From the NCBI GenBank assembly GCA_963708025.1, contig CAVPSB010000010.1:128001-192000 (forward strand): 64,000 bases of DNA, read 5' to 3'. A model generated the notes under the pieces. It was not told the origin of the DNA. It was given only the letters and a program-made list of their open reading frames with translations, and ran no database searches. This document shows, one piece after another, positions 27,524-39,697 of the stretch; positions within the stretch are counted from its first letter, which is position 1; every line of letters starts with the position of its first letter. This DNA is from an uncultured Candidatus Rokubacteria bacterium (GTDB lineage Bacteria > Methylomirabilota > Methylomirabilia > Rokubacteriales > DASRDR01). A program made the translations under genes and the position numbers.

Positions 27524-29614
27524 ATGAGCGTCACCTTCATCTTCGGCGTCCACAACCATCAGCCGCTCGGCAACTTCGATCATGTTCTTGAGGAGGCGGT
27601 CGAACGCGCGTATCGGCCGTTCCTCCAGACGCTCCACCGCTTCCCGGACGTCCGCGCGCTCGTCCATACCTCGGGCTTGCTGCTCGAGTGGTGGGAAGCC
27701 CACGCCCCCGACGTCCTCGACCTCCTGGCCGAGCTGGCCGGCCGGGGCCAGGTCGAGCCGCTGACCGGCGGCTTCACCGAGCCGATCCTGCCGCTCCTGC
27801 CCGACCACGACAAGGTCGGGCAGATCCGGGCGCTGACGGAGCGGGTGACAAAGCGCCTCGGCGTCCGGCCCCGGGGGATGTGGCTCGCCGAGCGGGTGTG
27901 GGAGCCGCACCTGGCCCGGCCGCTCGCCGAGGCCGGCGTCGAGTACATCCTGGTCGACGACCACCACTTCGCGATGGCCGGGCTCGACCCGGACCAGCTC
28001 TCGGGCTACTACCTCACCGAGGAGCAGGGCGCGACCGTCGCGGTGTTCCCCATCAACCAGCGGCTGCGATACCAGATCCCCTTCGGCTCCGTCGAGCAGG
28101 TCTTCGCCATCCTCCGCGAGCGCGCCGCCAGCGGCGGGGCGCTCACCATGGTCGACGACGGGGAGAAGTTCGGGATCTGGCCCCACACCTACCACAGCGT
28201 CTACGAGGAGGGGTGGCTCGAGGCCTTCTTCGCCGGCCTGCCCCGGCAGCCGGGCGTGGAGCTGGCGACGGCGGCCGAGTACCTCGACCGCCACCCGCCC
28301 ACCGGCCGCGTGTACCTCCCGACGACGAGCTACCGCGAGATGACCGAGTGGGCGCTCACCCCGGAGGCGGCCGCCGAGCTGGATCGCACGCGGCGAGCCG
28401 TCGAAGGCCTCGCCGGCCCGGCCGCCGCCCGGCTGCTGCGGGGTGGCTTCTGGCGGAACTTCCTGGTCCGCTACCCGGAGGTCAACGACACCTACCGCAA
28501 GATGCTCCGCGTGAGCAACCGCGTGGCGGCGGGCCTCGCCGTCCGGCCCACCGACCCCGGGCTGCTGGCCGCGCGGGACCTCCTCTGGCGGGGTCAGTGC
28601 AACGACGCCTACTGGCACGGCGTCTTCGGCGGGGTGTACCTGCCGCACCTCCGGCGGGCGGTCCGGGGGGCCCTGCTGGCCGCCGAGGCCCGGCTCGACG
28701 CGGCCGAGCCCGATGCCCCGCGCATCGTCCACGAGAGCGGCGACCTGGACGGCGACGGCGACGACGAGGTGGGGATCCGGTCCGAGCGGCTGAGCCTGCT
28801 GGTCCGGCCGGCCGCCGGCGGCACGGTCACCGAGCTGGCGTACCGACCCCTGGCCTTCGATCTCGCCGACGTGCTGACGCGGCGGCGGGAGATCTCGCAC
28901 CTTCGTATCGCCGAGGCCGAGGAGGCCAGCGGTGCCGGCGCCGTCATGCGCACCATCCACGACACGTGGACGGTCAAGGAGGTCGGGCTGGCCCGCCTGC
29001 TCGGCTACGACGCCCGACGGCGGTCCTGCCTGGAGGACTACCTCCTTGATCCGGACGGCCCGGTCGAGGTCGACCGGGCGTGGCTGGCGTTCCCGGCGCA
29101 CCGATGCGCGGCGCGGATCGAGACGACGGCGGACCGCGTGGCCGTCGCGCTCGCCGCCGATGGCCGGGCCGGCGAGACGCGCGTCGAGATGACGAAGGTC
29201 CTGGCGGTCCCGGCGGGCGCCGCCCGTCTCCAGGCCCGGTATCGGGTCCGGGCCGAGCGCCCCCTGGCGGCGCGGTTCGCGGTGCGGTGGAACCTCACCC
29301 TGAGCGGGCCGTCCGCCGATCGCTATCATCGCGGGGAGGGCGGCGAGATCCTCGCGCTGGAATCGGTGGGAGAGCAGGAGGGGTCGCGGATCGCGCTGGT
29401 TGACGAGTGGCTGGGGCTGACGGCGACGCTGACCTGGAGCCCACGGGCGCGGATCTTCTGGGCGCCGGTCTACACGGTCTCGCTGTCCGAGGCGGGGCTC
29501 GAACGCGTGTGGCAGGGGGTCGAGCTGACCGTCGTGTGGCCGGTCGACCTCGGCCCCCGGCCGTGGAGCGCCGAGATGGCGCTGGGCGTCTCCCACCGGG
29601 AGGGCGGGGCGTGA
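27524..29614 (+). CDS. GH57 alpha-amylase/4-alpha-glucanotransferase
   Basis: HNHQP, GMWLAERVWEP (nucleophile), DDGEKFG.WP (acid/base), SY.EM.EW, QCNDAYWHGVFGG.YLPHLR. Confidence 0.93.
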   Translation: MSVTFIFGVHNHQPLGNFDHVLEEAVERAYRPFLQTLHRFPDVRALVHTSGLLLEWWEAHAPDVLDLLAELAGRGQVEPLTGGFTEPILPLLPDHDKVGQIRALTERVTKRLGVRPRGMWLAERVWEPHLARPLAEAGVEYILVDDHHFAMAGLDPDQLSGYYLTEEQGATVAVFPINQRLRYQIPFGSVEQVFAILRERAASGGALTMVDDGEKFGIWPHTYHSVYEEGWLEAFFAGLPRQPGVELATAAEYLDRHPPTGRVYLPTTSYREMTEWALTPEAAAELDRTRRAVEGLAGPAAARLLRGGFWRNFLVRYPEVNDTYRKMLRVSNRVAAGLAVRPTDPGLLAARDLLWRGQCNDAYWHGVFGGVYLPHLRRAVRGALLAAEARLDAAEPDAPRIVHESGDLDGDGDDEVGIRSERLSLLVRPAAGGTVTELAYRPLAFDLADVLTRRREISHLRIAEAEEASGAGAVMRTIHDTWTVKEVGLARLLGYDARRRSCLEDYLLDPDGPVEVDRAWLAFPAHRCAARIETTADRVAVALAADGRAGETRVEMTKVLAVPAGAARLQARYRVRAERPLAARFAVRWNLTLSGPSADRYHRGEGGEILALESVGEQEGSRIALVDEWLGLTATLTWSPRARIFWAPVYTVSLSEAGLERVWQGVELTVVWPVDLGPRPWSAEMALGVSHREGGA

Positions 29615-29991
29615 AGGTCCGTCCGGAGGACCTGCCGGTCCGCATCGACAAGCCCTGGGGACACGAGATCTGGTACGCCTGGACCGACCGGTACGTCGGC
29701 AAGATCCTCCACGTCAAGCGCGGCGGGAAGTTGTCGCTCCAGTACCACCAGCGGAAGGACGAGACGAGCTACGTGCTGCGGGGCCGCTTGCTGCTCACCA
29801 AGGGGCCGAGCGTGGACCGGCTGACCGTGACCGAGGTCGGCGAGGGGCACACTTGGCGGAACCGCCCCGGCGAGGTCCACACGATCGAGGGGCTGGAGGA
29901 CGCCGACATCCTGGAAGTCTCCACGCCGGAGCTCGACGACGTGGTGCGACTCCGGGACCTGTACGGCCGCGAAGGAACCAGCAACCCCTGA
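29611..29991 (+). CDS. Cupin, mannose-6-phosphate isomerase type II-like
   Basis: KPWG.E, LSLQYH..KDET, H.IE, EVSTPELDDVVRL.D.YGR. Confidence 0.85.
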   Translation: MKVRPEDLPVRIDKPWGHEIWYAWTDRYVGKILHVKRGGKLSLQYHQRKDETSYVLRGRLLLTKGPSVDRLTVTEVGEGHTWRNRPGEVHTIEGLEDADILEVSTPELDDVVRLRDLYGREGTSNP

Positions 29992-30225
29992 CGGGCGGGG
30001 CCGATGAGCGTCGCAACGTCGATCTCGGTCGGGACGCGCTCGGCCTGCGGCCTCGCGTCCGTCCCGACCTATGGTCGTCCTCGGTCGTCGCCCATCCTCG
30101 GCGTATGCGGCAGTACGCCTGCGGTCGGCGACTCCCTGCGTCTGTCGGACGGGCTTCGGCCTGTGGGCGCTGCTCGCTCCTCGGCCCCGCCCGAGAGCTT
30201 CGCTTCCGTGCCACGACTCTAACGG
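29992..30225 (+). repeat. Family A element, copy 6
   Basis: Starts at the base after TGA; outer stem plus all three internal modules; tail gagagctt...ccacgactct resembles copy 1. Confidence 0.9.
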
Positions 30226-30247
30226 TGTCGTCGGGGGTTCGTTCACC

Positions 30248-30277
30248 TTGAGCGGATGCGGAGGTGCGTGTTACACT
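30248..30277 (+). promoter_or_regulatory. Promoter of metK-ahcY
   Basis: TTGAGC, 18 bp, TG-t-TACACT. Confidence 0.55.
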
Positions 30278-30338
30278 ACGCGGGTTTGGCACGGGCGCGG
30301 GCGGACCGCTCCCGAGAACCTCGGCTGAGGAGGCGGAG

Positions 30339-31490
30339 ATGGCGCACGACGAGTACCTGTTCACCTCGGAGTCGGTCACCGAGGGCCACCCCGACAAGAT
30401 CGCGGACCAGATCTCCGACGCGGTGCTGGACGCGGTCCTGGAACAGGACCCGATGGGCCGGGTGGCCTGCGAGTCCCTCCTGACGACCGGCCTCGTCGTC
30501 GTGGCGGGGGAGATCACGACGTCCTGCTACGTGGACATCCCCCGGATCGCGCGCGAGACGATCAAGAGCGTCGGATACACCCGCGCCAAGTTCGGCTTCG
30601 ACTACGAGACCTGCGGCGTCATCGTGTCGATCGACGAGCAGTCCTCGGACATCGCGATGGGGGTGGACAAGCTCGGCGCCGGCGACCAGGGGCTCATGTT
30701 CGGCTACGCCTGCACCGAGACCCCCGAGCTGATGCCGGCGCCCATCTCGCTAGCCCACGCGCTCGTCCGGCGCCTGTCCGAGGTCCGCCGGGCGGGAACG
30801 CTGCCGTACCTCCGTCCCGACGGGAAGTCCCAGGTCAGCATCCGGTACGTCGATGGCAAGCCGGTGCGCGTGGAGACGGTCGTCATCTCCACCCAGCACA
30901 GCCCGGAGGTCACGCTCGAGCAGCTCCGCGCCGACGTCGTGCAGCACGTGGTCGCCCCGACCATTCCGCCGGCCATGCTCGACCCGAAGCGGATCACCTA
31001 CCACATCAACCCCACCGGCCGCTTCGTCATCGGCGGGCCGCAGGGAGACACCGGGCTCACCGGCCGGAAGATCATCGTGGACACCTACGGCGGCTCGTGC
31101 CCGCACGGCGGCGGCGCCTTCTCCGGGAAGGACCCGACGAAGGTAGACCGGTCGGCCTCGTACATGGCGCGGCACGTGGCGAAGAACATCGTGGCGGCCG
31201 GCCTGGCCGAGCGCTGCATGGTCCAGGTCGCCTACGCCATCGGGGTGGCGGACCCGGTGTCGATCATGGTCGAGACCTTCGGAACCGGGAAGGTGCCGAC
31301 GGCCAAGCTCGAACAGATGATCCGGCGCCACTTCGACTTCACCCCGGCCGGCATCATCAAGTACCTCGAGCTCCGGCGGCCCATCTTCCGGAAGACCGCG
31401 GCCTTCGGTCACTTCGGGCGGAGCGAGCCCGAGTTCAGCTGGGAGCGCGTGGATCGCGTCAAGGATCTGCGCGAAGACGCCGGCATCTAG
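30339..31490 (+). CDS. metK: S-adenosylmethionine synthetase
   Basis: [28 protein letters not shown]. Confidence 0.98.
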   Translation: MAHDEYLFTSESVTEGHPDKIADQISDAVLDAVLEQDPMGRVACESLLTTGLVVVAGEITTSCYVDIPRIARETIKSVGYTRAKFGFDYETCGVIVSIDEQSSDIAMGVDKLGAGDQGLMFGYACTETPELMPAPISLAHALVRRLSEVRRAGTLPYLRPDGKSQVSIRYVDGKPVRVETVVISTQHSPEVTLEQLRADVVQHVVAPTIPPAMLDPKRITYHINPTGRFVIGGPQGDTGLTGRKIIVDTYGGSCPHGGGAFSGKDPTKVDRSASYMARHVAKNIVAAGLAERCMVQVAYAIGVADPVSIMVETFGTGKVPTAKLEQMIRRHFDFTPAGIIKYLELRRPIFRKTAAFGHFGRSEPEFSWERVDRVKDLREDAGI

Positions 31491-32774
<1,284 letters not shown>

Positions 32775-32779
32775 GCGTT

Positions 32780-32850
32780 TCGGGGGGGTCTGGGAAGACC
32801 CCCCCGATGCCCCCTCGGTCGTGGCGGCGCCGAAGCCGCCGCTCGGCCAC
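32780..32850 (+). repeat. Family C double-hairpin element
   Basis: tcgggggggtctgggaagacccccccgatgccccctcgg...gcggc..cgaagccgcc; also at 39698-39765 (-) and 55553-55620 (+). Confidence 0.88.
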
Positions 32851-32951
32851 TCTTCATGGCTCACCTCGCACTGGACGCGACACGGCATCCTCCGGCGGGC
32901 ACGTAGGTCGCAGGAGGGCACGGCCCCTCTCCGCAGCCCCCCGCCGCGTGC

Positions 32952-34238
32952 GTGAGGCGTCGCCGCCACGCGCCGGGCGTCGAGCTCGAGCGCGAGGCCG
33001 GGAGGCCGGCGGCCGTGCGAGCTGAGCCCGGGGCCGCCCGGCGACTCCTCCCGCGGGGGCGGCTGGCCGCGATCGGCCTCGTCGTCGCGGTGCTCGGCGG
33101 AGGCTATGCAGGGGTGGCCCGCCTGGGTCCGCTCCCGGCGCCCCCGGACTGGCCGCCGGCGTCCGATCTGGCCGAGTACACGGCCGTCCTCCACGTCCAC
33201 TCGCGGTACTCGCACGACGGCCGCGGCACCGTCGAGGAGATCGCCGCGGCCGCGGCCCGGGCCGGGGCCCGCGTCGTCTTCCTGACCGACCACAACACGC
33301 TGGCGCCCCTCAAGGACGGCAAGGAGTCCTGGTACGGGCCGACCCTGATCCTGGTCGGGACCGAGGTCACCACCAACGCCGGCTATCTGCTGCTGCTGGA
33401 TCCCGACCCGAACGCACCGGTGGAGCAGCGGGGTGCGGACTTCGCCACGGTCTTCGCGCGCTACCGCCAAGCCGAGTCGATCGTGCTGCTGGCCCACCCC
33501 GATCATCCACGGCTCGGGTGGCGCCAGGAGAGCCTGCCGCCGGTCGACGGCATCGAGGTCGTCGACGTCTTCGACCAGGTCGTGGCGGCGCCCGTGCAGC
33601 GCCAGATGCTGGGCCTCTTGGCCTATCCGGCCAACCCGGTCATGGCGATCCTGTCGGTCGTCCACTGGCCGCGCCGGGTGCTGGAGAGCTGGGACCGCCT
33701 GGCCCGGGAGCGGCCGACCATCGGCGTCCTGGGGCTCGATGCCCACGGCGGGATCGAGCTGACCGAGGAGACCGGGGTGCGCTTCCCGTCGCACGAGACC
33801 GCGTTCCGGCTGGGCCAGCTCCACTTCGTGACCCCGGAGGCGCTGGGGCACGACGAGGCGGACCGGATCCGTGTCTATCGCTCGCTGCGGGCCGGCCGGT
33901 TCTACAATGCCTTCGACGGGCTGGCCCCGGCCGCCGGCTTCCGGTTCGAGGCGCGGCGGGGAAGCCCCCCGGAAGTCGCGCTGATGGGCGACACGCTGCG
34001 GTCCGGAGAGGGCTGGACCTTCGAGGTACGGGTCCCGCCGGTGGGGGAGACGGCGGTCCGGCTGCTCCGCGACGGCGTGGTGGTGCACGAGGCCCCGGGG
34101 CCCGGACCGATCCGGATCCCGGCCGACGCGGCCGGGGTGTACCGTGTGGAGGTGGACATCGGCGTGAATCTCTTCCCGATCACGACGGCCCGGCGCATGC
34201 CGTGGATCTTCTCGAACCCCATCTACGTGCGTCCGTGA
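32952..34238 (+). CDS. PHP-domain metallophosphoesterase with N-terminal TM anchor (start uncertain)
   Basis: HVHSRYSHDG, LTDHN, GTE, AHP, DAH metal-binding motifs; C-terminal WIFSNPIYV. Confidence 0.8.
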   Translation: MRRRRHAPGVELEREAGRPAAVRAEPGAARRLLPRGRLAAIGLVVAVLGGGYAGVARLGPLPAPPDWPPASDLAEYTAVLHVHSRYSHDGRGTVEEIAAAAARAGARVVFLTDHNTLAPLKDGKESWYGPTLILVGTEVTTNAGYLLLLDPDPNAPVEQRGADFATVFARYRQAESIVLLAHPDHPRLGWRQESLPPVDGIEVVDVFDQVVAAPVQRQMLGLLAYPANPVMAILSVVHWPRRVLESWDRLARERPTIGVLGLDAHGGIELTEETGVRFPSHETAFRLGQLHFVTPEALGHDEADRIRVYRSLRAGRFYNAFDGLAPAAGFRFEARRGSPPEVALMGDTLRSGEGWTFEVRVPPVGETAVRLLRDGVVVHEAPGPGPIRIPADAAGVYRVEVDIGVNLFPITTARRMPWIFSNPIYVRP

Positions 34239-35789
34239 CGACCACGCTCGGGTCGCCCGTCGCCGGACTCGACCGGCCGGCCGAGGGGGCGGAGGCGACG
34301 CGCTGGCTCTGGTTCTTCCTGGCCGCCGTGACCGCGCTGCGCGTGGCGTACCTGGCCTCCGGGCGTCTCGACCTTTCGCCGGACGAGGCCCACTACTGGG
34401 AATGGTCGCGCCGGCTCGACCTCGCCTACTACTCGAAGGGTCCGCTCGTCGCCTACGTGATCCGCGCCCTCACCGCCGTCCTCGGAACCTCGGCGCTGGC
34501 CATCCGGCTGGGCGCCGTGCTCCTCAGCCTGGCGGGCTCGCTCGCCATCTACCGGCTGGGACGTCTCGCGTTCGGCGACCCGCGGGCGGGGCTGCTGGCG
34601 GTGGTCGGGCTCCAGCTCACCCCGCTCTTCTGGGCTGGCAGCCTGCTGATGACCATCGATCCGCCGTTCCTCGTGCTGTGGCTGCTGGCGCTGATCGGCC
34701 TCTACCGGGCGCTGGTCGGCGGGGGTCCGGGGGCCTGGGTGTGGGCGGGGGTCGCCGTCGGCGCCGGCCTCCTGGCGAAGTACACGATGCTCTTCGTCCT
34801 GCCCGGTCTCGCGCTGTACCTCTGGCGGGCCCCCGAGGCCCGCACCTGGCTCTCCCGGGCGGCGCCGTACCGGGGGGCGATCGTCGCGGCGGCGCTCGTC
34901 CTGCCGGTGGTGGTCTGGAACGCGGGCCGCGGCTGGGTCTCGGCCCGTCACGTGGCGAGCCAGGGGCGCGGCGGCGGGCTCACCTGGATCGAGCCGCTCG
35001 AGTTCGTCGGCGGCCAGCTCGGGGTCCTCACCCCGCTCGTGGCCGGGATCCTGATCTGGGCGCTCTGGTACGGCATCCGCGAGGGGCTCGTCCGCGGGCG
35101 GGAGCCGTACCGGTTCCTCACGGCGTTCGCGGCACCCATCCTCGGCTTCTATCTGCTGCTCTCGCTCCAGGGGAAGGTCCAGGCCAACTGGCCCGCCGCC
35201 GCCTATCCGCCGCTGGCCCTGGTGGCGGCCGGGGCATTGCTCGAGCGGGCCGCGCCGGGTGACGCCCGCCGGCGGCGCCGCCAGCGCCGGCTCCTGGGCG
35301 CCGCCGCCGCCCTGGCCCTGACCGTGAGCCTGCTCGGCCACGCGGTCGACGTCCTCGGGGTCCCGCCGCGCCTCGACCCCACGACGCGCCTCCACGGCTG
35401 GCGAGCAACTCGGCGCCGCCGTGTCGGCGACCTGGCGCGCGATGCCGGCGCCGGAGCGCACCTTCCTCGTCTCCGACCGGTACCAGATCACCAGCGAGCT
35501 GGCCTTCTATGGGCCGCCCGCGCCGCCCGCGTATAATGTCAACCTGGGCCGGCGGCTGAACCAGTACGACTTCTGGGAGGGGCCCGATTCCCGTCGCGGC
35601 TGGGACGCCATCTACGTGCAGGAAGGGCTCGGCGCGCTGGACGAGCGGGTGGGTCGGGCCTTCGAGCGGACCGACGGGCCGGTCGTGGTCGAGGTGCGGC
35701 GCGGCGGCCGGCCGGTGCGGACGTTCGCCCTGTACCGTGGCTACGGGTTCCGGGGCTTCGCGGTACCCGACGGCGCACCCAGCTTCTAG
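34235..35789 (+). pseudogene. ArnT/PMT-like GT-C glycosyltransferase with a frameshift near 35402 (pseudogene or sequence error)
   Basis: PDEAHYWEWS..LD..YYSKGP, LAKYT, ANWPA; after LHGW one extra base, then EQLGAAV...YQITSELAFY...NQYDFW continues in another frame. Confidence 0.78.
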
Positions 35790-36017
35790 CGGGCGGGGCC
35801 GATGAGCGTCGCATCGCGTCGTCCTCCATCTCGGCCGGGACGCGCTCGGCCTGCGGCCTCGCGTCCGTCCCGACCTCTGGGGTCGTCGCCGATCCTCGGC
35901 GTACTCGGAGTACGCCTCCGGTCGGCGACTCCCTGCGTCCTAGCGCTGCTCGCTCCTCGGCCCCGCCCCCAGGGACGGGACTCGTCTGCCATGACTTTGG
36001 CGCTCCAGGGAAGCTAG
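35790..36017 (+). repeat. Family A element, copy 7
   Basis: CTAG at 35786-35789 and 36014-36017; outer stem as in copy 1; tail ccatgactttggcg shared with copy 1. Confidence 0.9.
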
Positions 36018-36026
36018 ATCAACGAG

Positions 36027-36818
36027 GTGAGCGGTCCGTCCCCGGTGCCGTCGCCGCCGTTGCTGTCGGTCGTGATCCCGGCCTACGACGAGGAGCCCAA
36101 CGTCGAGGCGTGCTACCGTGAGCTCGTCGACGTTCTGGCCCCCCTCGGGCAGCCGTTCGAGGTGATCTTCGTGGACGACGGCTCGACCGACGGGACGTTC
36201 GCCCTCCTGGCGCGGCTGGCCGAGGCGGACGGGCGCATCCGCGCCCTTCGGCTCCGGAAGAACGCGGGGCAGACGGCGGCGCTGGCGGCCGGCTTCCGGG
36301 CGGCCCGAGGCGACGTCGTGGTCACCCTGGACGCCGACCTCCAGAACGACCCGCGGGACATCCCCACGCTGCTCGGGGCGCTCCCGGGCTGCGACGCGGT
36401 CTGGGGGTGGCGCGTGAGCCGGCAGGACCCGTGGACCAAGCGGGTGGCGTCGCGGACGGCGAACGCCGTGCGGCAACACTTCACCCGGGACGGCGTGCAC
36501 GACACCGGCTGCCCGCTGAAGGTCTTCCGCCGGGCGGCGCTCGATCGCCTCACCCTCTACCGGGGCATGCACCGGTTCCTGGCCGCGCTGCTCCAGATGG
36601 AGGGCTTCCGGGTGCGCGAGGTCCCCGTGCGCCACCGGCCGCGCCACGCGGGTCACTCGAAGTACGGCAACTGGGGCCGGATGTGGGCCGGGCTGGCCGA
36701 CCTGTGGGCCGTCCGGTGGATGGCCCGGCGGCGCCTCGACTACGAGATCGCCGAAGAGGCCACGCAGGAGCGACCCCCAGCTGGGACACCCCCCCCGGTT
36801 GGAGAACGCCCACGATGA
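36027..36818 (+). CDS. GT2 polyprenol-phosphate glycosyltransferase (ArnC/DPM-like)
   Basis: SVVIPAYDE, VDDGSTD, N.GQTAAL.AG, DADLQNDP.DIP, DTGC.LK, HRPR.AG.SKY. Confidence 0.9.
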   Translation: MSGPSPVPSPPLLSVVIPAYDEEPNVEACYRELVDVLAPLGQPFEVIFVDDGSTDGTFALLARLAEADGRIRALRLRKNAGQTAALAAGFRAARGDVVVTLDADLQNDPRDIPTLLGALPGCDAVWGWRVSRQDPWTKRVASRTANAVRQHFTRDGVHDTGCPLKVFRRAALDRLTLYRGMHRFLAALLQMEGFRVREVPVRHRPRHAGHSKYGNWGRMWAGLADLWAVRWMARRRLDYEIAEEATQERPPAGTPPPVGERPR

Positions 36819-39562
36819 GGAGCTTCCGCGGCCTGCTGGTGGTCGTCCTCCTGATCGCCCTCTTCGCCGGGCTGGAGGCGGTGCCGTTCTTCACGGACTG
36901 GCTCTGGTTCGAGGAAGTCGGCTACAGCGCGGTGTTCCTGCGCGTGGTCGCGTTGCGCGGGGCGCTCTTCCTCGTCGTCGGGCTGGCCACCCTCCTCTTC
37001 GTCGGCGCCAACCTGCGCGCCGCCGCCTATGCCCGCCCCCCGGACGTCTTCTGGGAGCTGGAGGAGCCCCTGGGCCTGCCCAGCCGCCTGATCCTGGAGC
37101 CGCTCTTGCGACGCGCGCTGATCCCGTTCACGGTCGCGGTGGCCCTGCTGTTCGGGCTGACCGCGAGCGCCGAGTGGCAGGCCCTCCTCGTCTACCAGCA
37201 CGCCCAGTCCTTCGGGGGGGCCCCCGACCCGATCTTCCAGCGCGACATCGGCTTCTACGTCTTCACCCTCCCGCTGTGGCAGCGGGCCCTAGAGTGGGTC
37301 TTCCTGCTGATCGGGTTCACGTTTGGCGGGACCGCGCTGATCTACTTCCTCGGCCGCGTGCTGGTGCTGACCGCCCGCGGCCCGGTCATCACCGCGCGGG
37401 CCCGGGCCCACCTCCTCGGCCTGCTCGCTCTCCTGCTCTTCGCCAAGTCGCTCGATTTCTACCTCGACCGGTTCGAGCTGCTCTACTCGCAGCGGGGCGC
37501 CGTCCTCGGGGCGATGTACACGGACGTCCATGCCACGCTCCCCGCGCTGTCGGGGCTCTCGATCCTGGCCGCGCTGGTCGGGGTGGCCGCCCTGCTGCAG
37601 ATCTTGCGGCGCGGGGCCCGGCCGGTTCTGGCCGGGGTCGTGGTCCTGGCCGCCGGATGGCTGGTGGGGCTCTGGGCGTATCCCGCGTTCGTGCAGCGGA
37701 TCCGGGTGGCCCCGAACGCGCTGGTCGCCGAGAGCCCGTTCATCGGCCACCACATCCGCCTCACACGGCGGGCGTTCGCGCTGGACCGCATCGAGGAGCG
37801 CGACTTCCCGGCCCGGGAGTCCCTCGAGCCGGCGGATCTCGCCCGCAACGCGACGACGCTCAAGAACGTCCGGCTGTGGGACCGCGAGCCGCTTTTGCGC
37901 ACGTTCGGCCAGCTCCAGGAGATCCGGACCTACTACCGCTTCGTGGACGTGGACAACGACCGGTACCGGATCGGGGACGAGTACCGGCAGGTGATGCTGT
38001 CGGCGCGCGAGCTCTCCTACCAGAACCTGCCGCGGGACGCCCAGGGCCGGGACGCCGACCGGCAGTGGATCAACGAGCACCTCCAGTACACCCACGGCTA
38101 CGGGGTGGTCCTGGGGCCGGTCAACCGGATCACGACCGAAGGGCTCCCCGAGCTGTTCATCCGCGACATCCCGCCGGTGTCGAACATCCAACTCCGGATC
38201 ACTCGGCCGGAGATCTACTTCGGCGAGACGGGCAACGAGTACGTCTTCGTCGGCACCCGCTCGCGCGAGATCGACTACCCCTCCGGCGACGAGAACGTGT
38301 ACACGACGTACGAGGGGCGGGGCGGGGTGCCGGTCGGGAGCTTCGGCCGGCGGCTGCTGCTGGCCCTCCGGTTCGGGTCCTACCGCATCCTGCTGAGCGA
38401 CGAGATCACCGCGCAGAGCCGGGCGATGTACTACCGGCAGATCGGCGAGCGCGTACGGCGGATCGCGCCCTTTCTCCAGTTCGACGCGGACCCCTACCTG
38501 GTCATCCGCCAGGACGGCACCCTGGCGTGGATGATCGACGCCTACACCGTCACCACGCGCTTCCCCTACGCCGAGCGCGCCCCGGGCTTCGGCAACTACG
38601 TGCGGAACTCCGTCAAGGCCGTCGTCGACGCGTACCACGGCACCGTGCGCTTCTACCAGGCCGACACCCAGGACCCACTCGTCCGCGCCTACGGGGAGGC
38701 CTTCCCGGGGCTCTTCCGGCCGCTGGCCGAGATGCCAGCCGACCTGCGGGCCCACGTCCGGTACCCGACCGGCCTCTTCGCCGCCCAGGCTCGGATGTAC
38801 GCGACCTACCACATGCAGGATCCCCGCGTCTTCTACAACAAGGAGGACCTGTGGTCGATCCCCCGGCGGACGGACGGCGGCCGGGAGCAGGACCTCGATC
38901 CCTACTTCACCATCATGCGGCTGCCGGGCGAGGCGCGGGAGGAGTTCGTCCTCCTGATGCTCTACACGCCACTGCGGCGGGACAACATGATCGCCTGGCT
39001 GGCCGCCCGCTCCGACGGTGACCACTACGGGCGGCTCAGCGCGTTCCTGTTCCCGAAGCAGCGCCTGGTCTACGGGCCCCGGCAGATCGCCGCCCGGATC
39101 GACCAGGACCCGGTGATCGCGCAGCAGCTCTCGCTCTGGAACCAGCGCGGCTCGACCGTCATCCGGGGGAGCCTCCTCGCCATCCCCATCGAGGAGTCGC
39201 TCATCTACGTGGAGCCGATGTACCTGGCCGCCGAGAAGGGCTCGATCCCGGAGCTGAAGCGGGTGTTCGTCGCGTACGGCAACCAGATCGCGATGGAGGA
39301 GACCCTCGAGGCCTCGCTCCAGGCCATCTTCGGGCGCCGGCCGGCGCCGGGGCCGGTCTCGGTCCCCGAGGGGTCGCCGCGCCCGCCGGGCGGGGAGGGC
39401 GTGGGGGCGCTGGTCGGCCGGGCGTGGGAGGCCTGGAATCGCGCCCAGGACTCGCTGCGGCGCGGCGACTGGTCGGCGTACGGTGAGGCCCAGAAGCGGC
39501 TGGAGGAAGCGCTGCGCGCGCTGCGGGAGCGCGCCGGCCCACCTGCCTCCGCTCGCCAGTAG
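36815..39562 (+). CDS. UPF0182 family membrane protein
   Basis: TDWLWF.EVGY, DPIF..DIGFYVF.LP, NVRLWD, HL.YTHGYG, NYVRNSVK, H.RYP. Confidence 0.93.
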   Translation: MRSFRGLLVVVLLIALFAGLEAVPFFTDWLWFEEVGYSAVFLRVVALRGALFLVVGLATLLFVGANLRAAAYARPPDVFWELEEPLGLPSRLILEPLLRRALIPFTVAVALLFGLTASAEWQALLVYQHAQSFGGAPDPIFQRDIGFYVFTLPLWQRALEWVFLLIGFTFGGTALIYFLGRVLVLTARGPVITARARAHLLGLLALLLFAKSLDFYLDRFELLYSQRGAVLGAMYTDVHATLPALSGLSILAALVGVAALLQILRRGARPVLAGVVVLAAGWLVGLWAYPAFVQRIRVAPNALVAESPFIGHHIRLTRRAFALDRIEERDFPARESLEPADLARNATTLKNVRLWDREPLLRTFGQLQEIRTYYRFVDVDNDRYRIGDEYRQVMLSARELSYQNLPRDAQGRDADRQWINEHLQYTHGYGVVLGPVNRITTEGLPELFIRDIPPVSNIQLRITRPEIYFGETGNEYVFVGTRSREIDYPSGDENVYTTYEGRGGVPVGSFGRRLLLALRFGSYRILLSDEITAQSRAMYYRQIGERVRRIAPFLQFDADPYLVIRQDGTLAWMIDAYTVTTRFPYAERAPGFGNYVRNSVKAVVDAYHGTVRFYQADTQDPLVRAYGEAFPGLFRPLAEMPADLRAHVRYPTGLFAAQARMYATYHMQDPRVFYNKEDLWSIPRRTDGGREQDLDPYFTIMRLPGEAREEFVLLMLYTPLRRDNMIAWLAARSDGDHYGRLSAFLFPKQRLVYGPRQIAARIDQDPVIAQQLSLWNQRGSTVIRGSLLAIPIEESLIYVEPMYLAAEKGSIPELKRVFVAYGNQIAMEETLEASLQAIFGRRPAPGPVSVPEGSPRPPGGEGVGALVGRAWEAWNRAQDSLRRGDWSAYGEAQKRLEEALRALRERAGPPASARQ

Positions 39563-39697
39563 GCGCCTCGAGAGCCTTCTCAGACCCCGCGATGTTCTCA
39601 GGGGCCGAGTGAACCAATGTCGGCGGCTCTGACTTCTCGCCACCCGTCGGCTTCTCGCAACCCTTTGACGCCGGCCACTCGGTCGTGGCGTTCCGCT

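Noticed and set aside
30278-30338. SAM or SAH riboswitch, or sigma54 promoter, before metK
   Set aside because: Leader is too short and lacks riboswitch consensus; TGGCACG has no correctly spaced -12 TGC (same at 51090)
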